A stretch of 64,000 nt of DNA, taken from positions 24,183 to 88,182 of the forward strand of contig CAYRUD010000012.1 in assembly GCA_964427425.1 (NCBI GenBank), in the 5' to 3' direction. Source of the stretch: an uncultured bacterium. Lineage in GTDB: Bacteria > Chlamydiota > Chlamydiia > Chlamydiales > FEN-1388. Positions 29,909-39,641 of this stretch are shown piece after piece; position 1 is the stretch's first letter; each line of letters starts with the position of its first letter. A program made the position numbers and the translations under genes. The notes under the pieces were generated by a model. It worked only from the letters and a program-made list of their open reading frames with translations, made no database searches and was not told where the DNA came from.

Positions 29909-30979
29909 CTAGAGCGTCTTAGAGTCACTACTAAAAATCCAATCTATTGCGGTGTGAAGTGTCACATCAACGCAGTCAGTGTCAGTTTTTACAGAGAAAT
30001 CAGGCTGGATTTTACCGCCATATAGGTTATTTTCCCTATCAGCAAAATATGATTGTGTCAGCCAAAGAACCGCTCCATCACAGAGCTCATGGGAGCAGTT
30101 ACACGTTGTAAGCCCACGACTGTTTTGGCCAAAAGTTTTCGTATTCAGATCTTTAAGAGCAATTGCGACTGCCTCCCCAGAACTCATTGTTTGAGAGCCT
30201 ATTAAGACGGCTTTTTTTACATTGGGATTTAAAAGGCGATAAGGCTCTTTATTAACGTGGCATATCTCTGTCTCATCACAGAACGCTTTTCCATTACAGT
30301 AAAACCACTTCTCTTGATTTTTTCCTGATTTATCAGAGAATGATCCTAACTGGGTCCCCTCTTGAGAAAAGAATGGTCCAAGCCCTGCAATCATAGGCCA
30401 CATATGACCGCCTAGATTTTCACGTAAGTCAATGACCCATCCAATAATATCTCGGCTATCTACAGATCGTATAAGCGACTGTAAAAAAGTAGCATACTCA
30501 TTAGCAGCTTCATTAAACTTCATATTGCCAGGAAGAAGAACGTATCCGATGCAACCGTAGAGTACTTTTACTTGAGGCTTAATATCCTCACCAAACGATC
30601 CTTCCTCTACCTGCGATGCAGCTTTTGGGTCTAGAAAAAAACTGTGCGAGTCGCCAAGAAGATGGAGTGCAAACCGTATGCTATCATATGTCTCACTGAA
30701 TGTCTGAGCATTAGCTGCATGTACCATTACCTGATCACGAAGCTCATCCCAATCAATAGAGTCTTTATTAATCGAATGATTTTCCATGATCGCAAGCGCT
30801 TCGTTAATATATATCTCTGCGTCATGAGAAAGAGCACAATGAAGAGGCAAGGTGTAGAACATGAGCGAAAAAAATGTCATAATGAGCGTCCCAAAGTGTC
30901 TCATGCCATTACCCCAAAAGTTAACAATTTTATTGCTCATATTTTCATAATTATCTCGTAAAGCAAGAATCTTAACCAA
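29909..30979 (-). CDS. S41-family (tail-specific / CPAF-related fold) serine peptidase, secreted
   Basis: Signal-like FGTLIMTFFSLMFYTLPLHCA. S41 core ..IGWVIDLRENLGGHMWPMIAGLGPF.. and ..VLIGSQTMSSGEAVAIAL... The true start is probably internal (MSNKIV or MRHFGTL). Confidence 0.6.
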   Translation of the reverse strand: MVKILALRDNYENMSNKIVNFWGNGMRHFGTLIMTFFSLMFYTLPLHCALSHDAEIYINEALAIMENHSINKDSIDWDELRDQVMVHAANAQTFSETYDSIRFALHLLGDSHSFFLDPKAASQVEEGSFGEDIKPQVKVLYGCIGYVLLPGNMKFNEAANEYATFLQSLIRSVDSRDIIGWVIDLRENLGGHMWPMIAGLGPFFSQEGTQLGSFSDKSGKNQEKWFYCNGKAFCDETEICHVNKEPYRLLNPNVKKAVLIGSQTMSSGEAVAIALKDLNTKTFGQNSRGLTTCNCSHELCDGAVLWLTQSYFADRENNLYGGKIQPDFSVKTDTDCVDVTLHTAIDWIFSSDSKTL

Positions 30980-31323
30980 ACTGAAGAAATTTAAATATTA
31001 AAATTAACTAACTATGCCCAATCTAATATTACCAAAGAAATATGAGTATTTATTAAATAAACGGAATTGAGGATCCACTCTTCTATCCACTTATACTTTC
31101 CTCATATCTCGAGACTCTCTCTTTCAAGATCAAATCCATCAACGTAGAGAGCTATAACTTATCATTCTTGCGTTAATCCCTCCAGGTTCATATACTTAAA
31201 CTGCTTTTTCTCAGGAATTTCTCCAAGAGAACAAAGTTATTTACATTTTGAAATTAAAAAACACCAAGACCGAAATCTTCTCACTAAAGGGAAGATGCCG
31301 TCGTCAACAGAAAGGGACAAGGC

Positions 31324-32118
31324 TTGGCTCCACAAGTAGCTATTAAAGACCTCATTGAGGCAGGTGCACATTTCGGACACCAAACTCGCCGCTGGAATCC
31401 AAAGATGAAGATCTACATCTTCGGCGAGAGAAATAAAATCCACATCATCGACCTTGCAAAAACACTTCAACAGCTCCGCTCAGCTTGTGATATCGTACGC
31501 GATGTCGTACAACGTCATAAGTCTATCCTCTTTGTAGGAACGAAAAAGGCTGCTAAAGCTGTTGTTCGTGAAGAGGCAGAGCGAGCAGGTGAGTTTTACG
31601 TCGCTGAGCGCTGGCTCGGTGGTATGCTCACGAACCTCTCAACAATTCGCCAATCCGTAAAGAAATTGGATCGAATCGAAAAGAGAATCGCAGCAGGCGG
31701 AGATGGCCTCACAAAGAAAGAACTTTCTCTTATGGGCAAACTCCAAGAGAAGCTTGAGAAGAACCTCTCAGGTGTTCGTGGAATGAGAAAGATTCCAGGA
31801 TTAATTGTTGTCGTAGATCCAATGCAAGAAGAGATCGCTGTAAAAGAAGCCAAGAAACTTGGTATTCCAGTAATGGCGCTCGTCGACACCAACTGCGATC
31901 CAGAGCCAATCGATCATGTAATCCCATGTAACGATGACGCTCAAAGAAGCGTTAAGCTCATCCTCGAGACACTTGTCAATACCATCATCGAGAAGAAAAA
32001 CGAGATGAAGCTTTCGAGCGACAAGGGCGAAGAGAGCGATGAAGAAGACAGCAGCGAAGATGAATCCTCGTCTGAAGCTCTCATTGAAGCTATGCAGTTG
32101 ATCGAAGAGAAGGAGTAA
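31324..32118 (+). CDS. rpsB: 30S ribosomal protein S2, with an acidic Ser/Glu/Asp C-terminal tail
   Basis: ..LIEAGAHFGHQTRRWNPKM.. and ..ERWLGGMLTN.. are canonical S2. TTG start as in the track. Confidence 0.95.
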   Translation: MAPQVAIKDLIEAGAHFGHQTRRWNPKMKIYIFGERNKIHIIDLAKTLQQLRSACDIVRDVVQRHKSILFVGTKKAAKAVVREEAERAGEFYVAERWLGGMLTNLSTIRQSVKKLDRIEKRIAAGGDGLTKKELSLMGKLQEKLEKNLSGVRGMRKIPGLIVVVDPMQEEIAVKEAKKLGIPVMALVDTNCDPEPIDHVIPCNDDAQRSVKLILETLVNTIIEKKNEMKLSSDKGEESDEEDSSEDESSSEALIEAMQLIEEKE

Positions 32119-32122
32119 GCTC

Positions 32123-32980
32123 ATGACAGAAGGCGTCACAATCAGCCCAGCATTAGTAAAAGAACTTCGAGAGCGTACAGGCGTCGGAATGGCGAAGTGT
32201 AAAGAAGCTCTCGAACAAGCAAAAGGCAACATGGAAGATGCGATCGATCTTTTGCGCAAGCAAGGGATGGCATCAGCCGTGAAAAAAGAAGGTCGAGAAA
32301 CAAAAGAAGGAACAATCATCGTCCACGAGACAGATGATGTTGTTGCTATTGTTGAAGTCAACGCGGAAACAGATTTCGTTGCGAAAAACGAGAAATTCGT
32401 CGAATTCGCAAAGAATATCTCCCGCGAAGTCGCTCAGACAAAGCCTCAGTCACTCGACGCCTTCATGAAGCAGAGCTACTCTGGCGATAAATCGATTACT
32501 ATCGACCAGTACCGATCGCTCATCATCCAAACGATTGGAGAAAATATCCAAATCAGAAGACTCACTCTCCTCAAGAAAGAGCCTTCTACATCATTTGGTA
32601 TCTACTCCCACATGAATGGTAAAATTTTGACAGTTACTGCAATCAACGCAGCTGGCGAAGAAGCGCTTGCACGCGATATCGCAATGCACGTTGCAGCAGC
32701 ATCACCAGAATATTTGAATCCAGAGAATGTGCCTCAAGATATCGTTCAAAAAGAGCGTGAGATTGCTCAAGAGCAGCTCAAAGGAAAACCTGCTCATATC
32801 ATGGACAAGATCCTCGACGGAAAAGTCTCGGCATACTATGACATGACATGTTTGACACGTCAAAAGTATATCCGCGATGACTCATTATCCGTTGCTGAAT
32901 TTGTCAAAAAGCAGGGACAAACTCGCGGCAAAGCTGATCTTCAAGTTACTTACTTCCTCCGTTGGATGGTAGGACAATAA
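32123..32980 (+). CDS. tsf: Elongation factor Ts
   Basis: N-terminal UBA-like ..LVKELRERTGVGMAKCKEALE.. and ..VEVNAETDFVAKNEKF... It begins 4 nt after rpsB. Confidence 0.95.
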   Translation: MTEGVTISPALVKELRERTGVGMAKCKEALEQAKGNMEDAIDLLRKQGMASAVKKEGRETKEGTIIVHETDDVVAIVEVNAETDFVAKNEKFVEFAKNISREVAQTKPQSLDAFMKQSYSGDKSITIDQYRSLIIQTIGENIQIRRLTLLKKEPSTSFGIYSHMNGKILTVTAINAAGEEALARDIAMHVAAASPEYLNPENVPQDIVQKEREIAQEQLKGKPAHIMDKILDGKVSAYYDMTCLTRQKYIRDDSLSVAEFVKKQGQTRGKADLQVTYFLRWMVGQ

Positions 32981-33033
32981 GACTCTTCACTTCCCCTTGA
33001 AAAAGAGGAAGTGAAAAGATCGTCTTCTCAAAA

Positions 33034-33078
33034 TGGCTGGCTTTTCTTCAACAGAGGAAGAGCCAGCTATTTTTCTTT
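33034..33078 (+). terminator. Rho-independent terminator of rpsB-tsf
   Basis: Stem TGGCTGGCT..CTTC / GAAG AGCCAGCTA (9 bp plus 4 bp with a 3-nt bulge, 7-nt loop) followed by TTTTTCTTT. A second hairpin, TTCACTTCC/GGAAGTGAA, lies at 32986-33015. Confidence 0.7.
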
Positions 33079-33235
33079 ACCTCATAGCAGCCTCTATTCC
33101 TCTTGTTCACTCTCGGTAAACTCTCATCCAGCTAAATTCTTCTTCTTTGATAAAATATGCAACCCAGGGTAGAAGGGAACTTACTTTCAAGAAGTTCAAT
33201 CAATTGATTTACTTTAAATACCGTAGTTTATCCCT

Positions 33236-34111
33236 ATGAATGATAGCGGCAGTAGCAGCAGTAGCGACTATATGGAAAAAGCAAGATCTCATACCGAAGA
33301 GATCGACAGCTCTTTTAAGAAACGCCCTAAGGTTCAACTTTCCGAATCGCGAATTCTTCTAAAACTCTCTGGAGAACTTCTGTCCCGAACAAAAGAAGAG
33401 ACATTCACAGAAGAAGGACTCAAGAGTGTCGTAAATCTCATCAAAGAACTCGTCGACCAGGGCGCTGGGGTTGCTCTTGTTGTAGGAGCAGGAAATATCA
33501 TCCGCGGAAAAGAACTCCATAAAAAACTCCATATAGACAGGGCTGCATCCGATCTCATTGGGATGTATGCTACAATTATCAATGCTATAGCCCTTAAGGA
33601 AGCGCTTGAACAATTCGGCGAAATCCAAGCATCCATCATGGCGCCTCCGCAACTCATAGGACTGAGAGGCGGAAGCGAAGAGAGCGCAATTCTTTCTTAT
33701 GATATGCGGCTTGCTCGATCCCTCCTTCAGAAAAAACGCGTCATTATCTGTGCAGGAGGAACTGGGAATCCTTTCTTTACCACAGACTCTGCGGCAGTCC
33801 TTCGAGGAATAGAATTAGAGGTTGACCTCGTTGTCAAATCAACAAAAGTAAATGGAGTCTATTCAAAAGATCCTCTTGCTTTTCCTGACGCAACACGATA
33901 TCCAGCCTTAACTTTTGAAGAAGCAATACACCAAAACCTCTCCATTATGGATCAGACTGCGTTTCTCTTAGCAAAAGAGCATCGCTTACCGATCTTTATC
34001 TACAAGCACAATACCCCTTCATCCTTGAAAGCTGCGCTGGAGGATGAGACAATAGGTTCTTTTATTCTTCCAAAAGATGATAAGGAAGCTCCTCTTCCCT
34101 TAAGAAAGTGA
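33236..34111 (+). CDS. pyrH: UMP kinase, with a ~45 aa Ser-rich N-terminal extension
   Basis: ..ILLKLSGE.., ..VVGAGNIIRG.. and ..ICAGGTGNPFFTTDSAAVLRG.. are canonical. The gene ends with TGA. Confidence 0.9.
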   Translation: MNDSGSSSSSDYMEKARSHTEEIDSSFKKRPKVQLSESRILLKLSGELLSRTKEETFTEEGLKSVVNLIKELVDQGAGVALVVGAGNIIRGKELHKKLHIDRAASDLIGMYATIINAIALKEALEQFGEIQASIMAPPQLIGLRGGSEESAILSYDMRLARSLLQKKRVIICAGGTGNPFFTTDSAAVLRGIELEVDLVVKSTKVNGVYSKDPLAFPDATRYPALTFEEAIHQNLSIMDQTAFLLAKEHRLPIFIYKHNTPSSLKAALEDETIGSFILPKDDKEAPLPLRK

Positions 34112-34225
34112 TAGAAGGAAAGAAAACATACTCCTTTTACAGCTATTTCCTTACACTTTCTCAACAAAGGAATAGGATAAATGAATTTTTCTATAAGAAA
34201 ACATCGAACATGAAGGATTGAAATC

Positions 34226-34789
34226 ATGGCACAAGATCATCAAGTCATTCAACATGTTAAAGCTGGCATGACAGCGGCAATAGACCACCTTAAGAACGAG
34301 TTACGAGCAATTAGAGCCGGTAGAGCAAGCCCAGCCCTCATCGAATCAGTCCACGTTGAGGTATATGGCTCACAAATGAAAATAAAAGAGCTTGCAACTA
34401 TTACACAACCTGAGTCCCGTCAGCTCGTTGTCATGCCTTTTGATATCACCAACGCAGGGCATATTGCTCGAGCAATCGATAAAGCCAATTTAGGTGTCCG
34501 AGCAGTATTGGAAGGGAAAACAATTAGAGTTCTCTTTCCAGAGCTTGATCAAAACAGAAGAAAAGAGTTGGTAAACCAAACGCACAAGAAAAGAGAAGAA
34601 AGTAAAGTTCACGTGCGAAACGTACGACGTGATGGTAACGAGTTGGTAAAAAAGCTAAAAGCTGCCAGCGAAATCACAGAAGATGACGTAAAAAAACTCG
34701 AAAAACAGATACAAGAACTCACAGATAAATATTGCAAAGAAGCTGATGATGTGACACTTGCAAAAGAAAAAGAGATAATGACAATCTAA
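34226..34789 (+). CDS. frr: Ribosome recycling factor
   Basis: 187 aa with ..LRAIRAGRASPALIE.. and ..VRNVRRDGNE.. typical of Frr, in the conserved tsf-pyrH-frr order. Confidence 0.95.
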   Translation: MAQDHQVIQHVKAGMTAAIDHLKNELRAIRAGRASPALIESVHVEVYGSQMKIKELATITQPESRQLVVMPFDITNAGHIARAIDKANLGVRAVLEGKTIRVLFPELDQNRRKELVNQTHKKREESKVHVRNVRRDGNELVKKLKAASEITEDDVKKLEKQIQELTDKYCKEADDVTLAKEKEIMTI

Positions 34790-34803
34790 CGTCTTGCCAA
34801 AAA

Positions 34804-34850
34804 TGCGTAGCGCCTATTATATTAGAGCCACTTTTCCACTGCGCTACGCA
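34804..34850 (+). other. 10-bp inverted repeat (TGCGTAGCGC / GCGCTACGCA, 27-nt loop) between frr and tRNA-Glu. Possibly a processing or termination hairpin.
   Basis: The arms lie at 34804-34813 and 34841-34850. No T-tract follows. Confidence 0.35.
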
Positions 34851-34867
34851 GTACGCCTTAAAAAAAA

Positions 34868-34942
34868 GGCCCCATCGTCTAGCCAGGTCTAGGACACCGG
34901 ATTTTCATTCCGATAACGGGGGTTCGAATCCCCCTGGGGTCA
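34868..34942 (+). tRNA. tRNA-Glu (anticodon UUC)
   Basis: Acceptor GGCCCCA/TGGGGTC, anticodon loop TTTTCAT and T-arm GGGGGTTCGAATCCCCC. Confidence 0.9.
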
Positions 34943-34947
34943 TTCAT

Positions 34948-35020
34948 GAGTCTTTAGCTCAGCGGTTAGAGCACCTCACTTTTAATGAGGGGGTCGATGG
35001 TTCAAATCCATCAAGACTCA
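34948..35020 (+). tRNA. tRNA-Lys (anticodon UUU)
   Basis: Acceptor GAGTCTT/AAGACTC, D-arm TAGCTCAGCGGTTAGAGC, anticodon stem-loop CCTCA-CTTTTAA-TGAGG and T-arm GATGGTTCAAATCCATC. Confidence 0.9.
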
Positions 35021-35145
35021 CAATTTTCCTTCCGACCACATCAATTATCCAAATTCAGTTTCTTATCATTGTATCTTAGACTAAGCCTTACAAAGCCATA
35101 AGATGATACAGCACTTTACACCTCATGGCTTCTAGAGAAGGCCCC

Positions 35146-36630
35146 TTATTTTTTCTCGGCCTTTTGCTTACTCGAGACTTCTTTTAGATTCTCCCAAACA
35201 GCATCGAAACGAGAAATATCATCTTTATCAAGCTTCGTGAAGATGGCAAAAGAGTCCATATTCTTCTCTCCGAATACAGCCTGAGTCCAATTGGCTGAAC
35301 CATGAACTACTGTTTCTTTATCGATTCGAAGAAACTTATGGTGCATGAGCTTGAATTTGTTAGCAGGGGCGAGAATAACTGGAATCTGCGCATCAAGAAG
35401 TTTCTGAGTAATTTTGTTGCCAGTCCCTGTCTTTCCGCCTTGGCCGCCATCAATAATTGCAGTGACTTCAACACCCTGCTTATGCTTCTCAATGATCTTG
35501 TCAGCTAAACCCTCATGAGTCCAGGTATACATCGCAACATCTATAGTCTTCTTTGCTCCATCAATAAGCTTAGTTATTTTCGAAAGAGCCTCGGTGTCAT
35601 CTGGGAGAAATGAGAGTTCAATCTTTTGCTTTGTCGGAAGTGTGATTGAGAGTGATTTTATATCTGTTTGAGAAGACGTTGAGGAAGTGTCTTTTGTATT
35701 GATAATGCTGTCTGCTTTAGAAAGAATACCTTGTGCCAACTTATTCGATTTGATAGCGGTAAGGATATTTCGATCATTTTTCAATCCACCTTTCGTCCAG
35801 TTGGCTGATCCATACAAAACCTCAGTATCATCGATGACCGCGATTTTGTGATGCATGAGCCCCTTGCAATCTTTGACCTCCGTTACCTGAATAGAAGGAT
35901 CTATCTCTTTTTCAGCATATTGAAAAGTATCACTCTGACCAATTATCTGAACTTTAACACCTTCTTTAGCTTTTTCTTCTAAAGCCTCAATAACTTTAGG
36001 ATCATTGATAGAGTACATGAAGACGGTAATACGCTTTTTTGCCTGCTCAATCTTGTCGATAACAATGGGCCTTAAATTAGCTAGAAGTGGATTAGCATGA
36101 ACTTCGAGGTATTTTCCTTGAGGAAGTAATTCAGTAGTAGGCTTTTTCCCCAGATTACATTTCTCTAACAACGAATCAATTCGCTGTAGAAGCGACTGGG
36201 ATCTCTCATTAACTTTTCCTCTATCACTCAGAGGAAGAACTACTCCTCTATATATTGAATGAATAATCCCTCTTTTCTCATTGTAGCGCTTGGTTTTCTG
36301 ATTAATTGACTCTTTAAGGCGGGAAAGATACTCACTCCATTTTTTAGAGCTATTTGGGGTTTGTACAATCTTAGAGAATCGCTTTTCTGAGAGAAGCTCG
36401 AATCTTTTCGCCATCGCCTCATAAACTACTCCTAAATCATTCTTCCCATACCAGGTCGATGAAATCTTGGAGAAAAGAGAGTTTTCTTTGGAAAGAAGCG
36501 ACACAGCCCCTTCTTCATTCACTACCCACTTTTTTCCCTCACGCTCGCAAGAGATCTGTTCCCATTCCTTAATCTCTTTAAAGAGCTGCGTAGGAGTAAG
36601 CGATATTGCTGCCATGGATTCAATCCTCAA
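35146..36630 (-). CDS. Phospholipase D superfamily protein with two HKD motifs and an unknown ~190 aa N-terminal domain
   Basis: HKD 1 is ..LMHHKIAVIDDTEVLYGSANWT.. and HKD 2 is ..LMHHKFLRIDKETVVHGSANWT... There are no TM helices, so it is not a classical cardiolipin synthase. Confidence 0.85.
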   Translation of the reverse strand: MRIESMAAISLTPTQLFKEIKEWEQISCEREGKKWVVNEEGAVSLLSKENSLFSKISSTWYGKNDLGVVYEAMAKRFELLSEKRFSKIVQTPNSSKKWSEYLSRLKESINQKTKRYNEKRGIIHSIYRGVVLPLSDRGKVNERSQSLLQRIDSLLEKCNLGKKPTTELLPQGKYLEVHANPLLANLRPIVIDKIEQAKKRITVFMYSINDPKVIEALEEKAKEGVKVQIIGQSDTFQYAEKEIDPSIQVTEVKDCKGLMHHKIAVIDDTEVLYGSANWTKGGLKNDRNILTAIKSNKLAQGILSKADSIINTKDTSSTSSQTDIKSLSITLPTKQKIELSFLPDDTEALSKITKLIDGAKKTIDVAMYTWTHEGLADKIIEKHKQGVEVTAIIDGGQGGKTGTGNKITQKLLDAQIPVILAPANKFKLMHHKFLRIDKETVVHGSANWTQAVFGEKNMDSFAIFTKLDKDDISRFDAVWENLKEVSSKQKAEKK

Positions 36631-36882
36631 TAAATATTTTCTTTTCGCTCCTTATTAATCGTAAAATTGATGAGAATGCAATAAAATTTTAATTCTATTT
36701 CATAGCTTCATGAAAATTACCTTATAATAAATAATTTTAATAATTTACTCGCCGCCAGCAACACTCTCAAGAGCTTCTCCTATTGATGCTCAAACCTCAC
36801 TAGAAGATTGCAAAGATACTCGTATACCTCATAACGAAGAGGCGCCTCAGGTTAGACTCTATAAATCATTAGAGATGAATCT

Positions 36883-37038
36883 ATGAACAAAAGTCGAAGG
36901 ACTGCGTTAAAGAGTAAAAAGTCAGCTCTTTTTTCCTTCTTACTTCAATGTGTTTTCTTCTTTGATTTTTTATGTACGCTTACGCTAACTAGTTGCATCC
37001 TTTCATTGAATTTTTTCAGCCGCAGACAAAAAATCTAA
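36883..37038 (+). CDS. Possible 51-codon sORF with a lipoprotein-like signal (lipobox LTSC). Weak.
   Basis: MNKSRRTALKSKKSALFSFLLQCVFFFDFLCTLTLTSCILSLNFFSRRQKI. It has basic n- and hydrophobic h-regions and a lipobox, but the RBS is poor and the mature part would be only ~14 aa. Confidence 0.15.
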   Translation: MNKSRRTALKSKKSALFSFLLQCVFFFDFLCTLTLTSCILSLNFFSRRQKI

Positions 37039-37186
37039 GTAAGAAAGATGAACCACCATCAATAAAAAACCATAGAAACTCTTTTTAATAAATTATTTTA
37101 TATATAAACTTGATCTAATTTAATTTTTATAATTAAGAAATAAAACCAGATAAAGAAGACGAAACATTTAGTCCTTTGGAGAAATC

Positions 37187-38995
37187 ATGAGAACATTCCG
37201 GCAAAAAGTCTTTACCAGCTATCTTGTTCTTCTCCTCATCTTCTTAAGTCTTCTCTTTCCATTTGTTACCAATTCTGTGCAGCAGATCGTTTTCCGCTCC
37301 ATGAGCGACAGAGCTGATGATCTCATCAAAAAGCTCGAGGTCGCGCATAATGACGAGGAGCTCGTCTCTATCCTCAAAGATCAAAAACACCTCTTCTTTT
37401 ATCGAATAGGCATTTTGGATAACGAAAGACGACTTTTGTATGACTCTCACACAAAACGATTGCTAGGGCCATCATACTTTCCTCTGCAGTTTATAACTCA
37501 CTCTGAAATCGAAGAAGCGCTCGAATGGGGAGTAGGTTACTCTGAGGAATATTCTCATCTCTTAGGTCAAAAGTTAATCTATGTGGCAAAAAGATTTGAT
37601 TTTCAGGGAAAGCCCTATGTCTTGCGTCTGGCTTTTCCATTCCAATACATTCAGGATCTTCGAAAAGACTTTACCATCGGTTTTTTGTTTTTCAGCTCTC
37701 TCATCCTCATTTTGTTCTCAGCGATGACAGCGCTCGTCCTAAACCACCTTTCCAGTCCTATTAGAGAGATTATCAGCTCCATACGGAGCTTTAAAGAGGG
37801 CCAACTTGAAACACTGCCAAACATACAGCTAAAGACGCCTCCTCAAGACGACTTTACTCATCTTGCAAATACGATTAACACCCTGTCCCAGCGGCTTCGC
37901 TTGGAAATCGAGACGATTACAAAAGAGAGAAACGAGAGAAACGCCATCTTAGATACACTTTCAGATGGTGTTATGGCAGTTGATTCCTCATATGTCATCT
38001 CCTATGCCAATAAAAACGCTCTCTCATTCTTGGGCTTAAGATCTGAAGCAATCCATCAACCTTTCCCTGACTCATTGCATCCAAAATATCATGAGATATT
38101 AGCCTCTTCGTGCCGAGAAGCCAGAGTCATCAGCTGTCCTTTAGAAGTTGGATATGGGACACAAAAGCAATTTCTCCACCTCATTGCCCTCCCACGAGTT
38201 AATGAAGGCGGAACGCTCTTAGTTATCCAAGATATATCAATACAACATAAGATTATTGAGATGAGAAAAGCATTTATTGCTAACGCATCTCATGAGTTGA
38301 AAACGCCTATTACAATCATCCGAGGCTTTGCTGAAACCCTTCAAGATAATCCTGATCTTCCCCAAGAGACAGTCTCAGTTATCATGCAAAAGATTGTCAA
38401 CAGCTGCACGAGAATGACCAAAATTATTCGCAATCTTCTCACTTTAGCAGATATTGAGAATCTCCCATCATTTCGAGTTGTTCCTACAAACGTAAAACAT
38501 CTACTCGAACGCATTCGAGAAACAACCCTCTCAGTATATCAAGACGCGACAATCAATATTGAGGCAGCTGTAGATTCCTCTCAAGAAGATGCTTTAGAGA
38601 TAGATATTGATCCTGAGCTTATTGAGGTCGCTTTCTCAAATTTACTTGACAATGGCTCAAAATACTCAAATGGCTCTGCTCATATTACGGTAAAAATTAT
38701 CCCTCATGAGAGAGAGATGGAAATTATCTTTCAAGATAAAGGTATTGGAATACCAGAGGCTGATCTAAAAAATATCTTCCAAAGGTTTTACAGAGTGAAT
38801 AAAGAGCACTCAAAGAAATTGGGGGGATCAGGACTTGGGCTCTCTATCGTGGAGACAATCATACAAAAGCACTTTGGAACAATCTCAGTTGATTCAAAAT
38901 TAGGAGAAGGTACGACATTCACTGTAAGACTTCCATACAACCTTTCTGATAAACTGGCGGGCCTTCAAAGAGAAATAGAATCTCCTATTGTATGA
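37187..38995 (+). CDS. Sensor histidine kinase (2 TM, HAMP, PAS, HisKA, HATPase_c). No response regulator is adjacent.
   Basis: H-box ANASHELKTPIT, N-box LLDNGSKYS, G1 QDKGIGI and G2 GGSGLGLSIV. TM helices lie at the N-terminus and near residue 165. Confidence 0.9.
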   Translation: MRTFRQKVFTSYLVLLLIFLSLLFPFVTNSVQQIVFRSMSDRADDLIKKLEVAHNDEELVSILKDQKHLFFYRIGILDNERRLLYDSHTKRLLGPSYFPLQFITHSEIEEALEWGVGYSEEYSHLLGQKLIYVAKRFDFQGKPYVLRLAFPFQYIQDLRKDFTIGFLFFSSLILILFSAMTALVLNHLSSPIREIISSIRSFKEGQLETLPNIQLKTPPQDDFTHLANTINTLSQRLRLEIETITKERNERNAILDTLSDGVMAVDSSYVISYANKNALSFLGLRSEAIHQPFPDSLHPKYHEILASSCREARVISCPLEVGYGTQKQFLHLIALPRVNEGGTLLVIQDISIQHKIIEMRKAFIANASHELKTPITIIRGFAETLQDNPDLPQETVSVIMQKIVNSCTRMTKIIRNLLTLADIENLPSFRVVPTNVKHLLERIRETTLSVYQDATINIEAAVDSSQEDALEIDIDPELIEVAFSNLLDNGSKYSNGSAHITVKIIPHEREMEIIFQDKGIGIPEADLKNIFQRFYRVNKEHSKKLGGSGLGLSIVETIIQKHFGTISVDSKLGEGTTFTVRLPYNLSDKLAGLQREIESPIV

Positions 38996-39072
38996 AATCA
39001 TCTACACACTTCATATTTCGATTTTGAGTAGATTGATGAAAGAGACTAAAAAATAAAGGAGCTTTTTCAACT

Positions 39073-39546
39073 ATGGCAGACGATCATATGACTGAGCTGA
39101 AAGTAGGTAATACCATACCCCACTTTGAAGGAGTCGATGAAGAAGGAAACCATGTCTCTTCTAAAGATTTACATGGAATAAAAGCCGTTCTTTATTTCTA
39201 CCCAAAAGATGATACTCCAGGATGCACAAAAGAAGCCTGTGGATTTAGAGACTCAATGGATGAGCTCGATTCGAAAGAATTTATCGTTATTGGCATCTCA
39301 CCTGATAGCAGCGCCTCACACAGAAAATTTATTGAAAAGTATGAGCTGAATTTTTGCTTACTGTCAGACCCGCAGCTCAGCATCGCAAAAAAATTCGGCG
39401 CAGTAAAACCCAAGGAAGATGGCTCTTATTCAATTGAAAGATCGACCTATATCATTGATGAAGCAGGCGTCATCCGCTGGATGGAAAAACCTGTTAAAGT
39501 AGATGGCCACACTCAAAGAGTTCTTCAAGCGGTTGATTCCATTTAA
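39073..39546 (+). CDS. bcp: Peroxiredoxin Bcp (thiol peroxidase)
   Basis: ..FYPKDDTPGCTKEACGFRD.. has the peroxidatic and resolving Cys spaced as in Bcp. The product is 157 aa. Confidence 0.9.
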   Translation: MADDHMTELKVGNTIPHFEGVDEEGNHVSSKDLHGIKAVLYFYPKDDTPGCTKEACGFRDSMDELDSKEFIVIGISPDSSASHRKFIEKYELNFCLLSDPQLSIAKKFGAVKPKEDGSYSIERSTYIIDEAGVIRWMEKPVKVDGHTQRVLQAVDSI

Positions 39547-39641
39547 AGGCATATCAAAACATCGAAAGAGGGAAAGAGCTTTCTTTTACTCAAGCAAGAG
39601 GCTATCTTTCTCTCCTTATTGAAACAAACCACTTTATTTGT

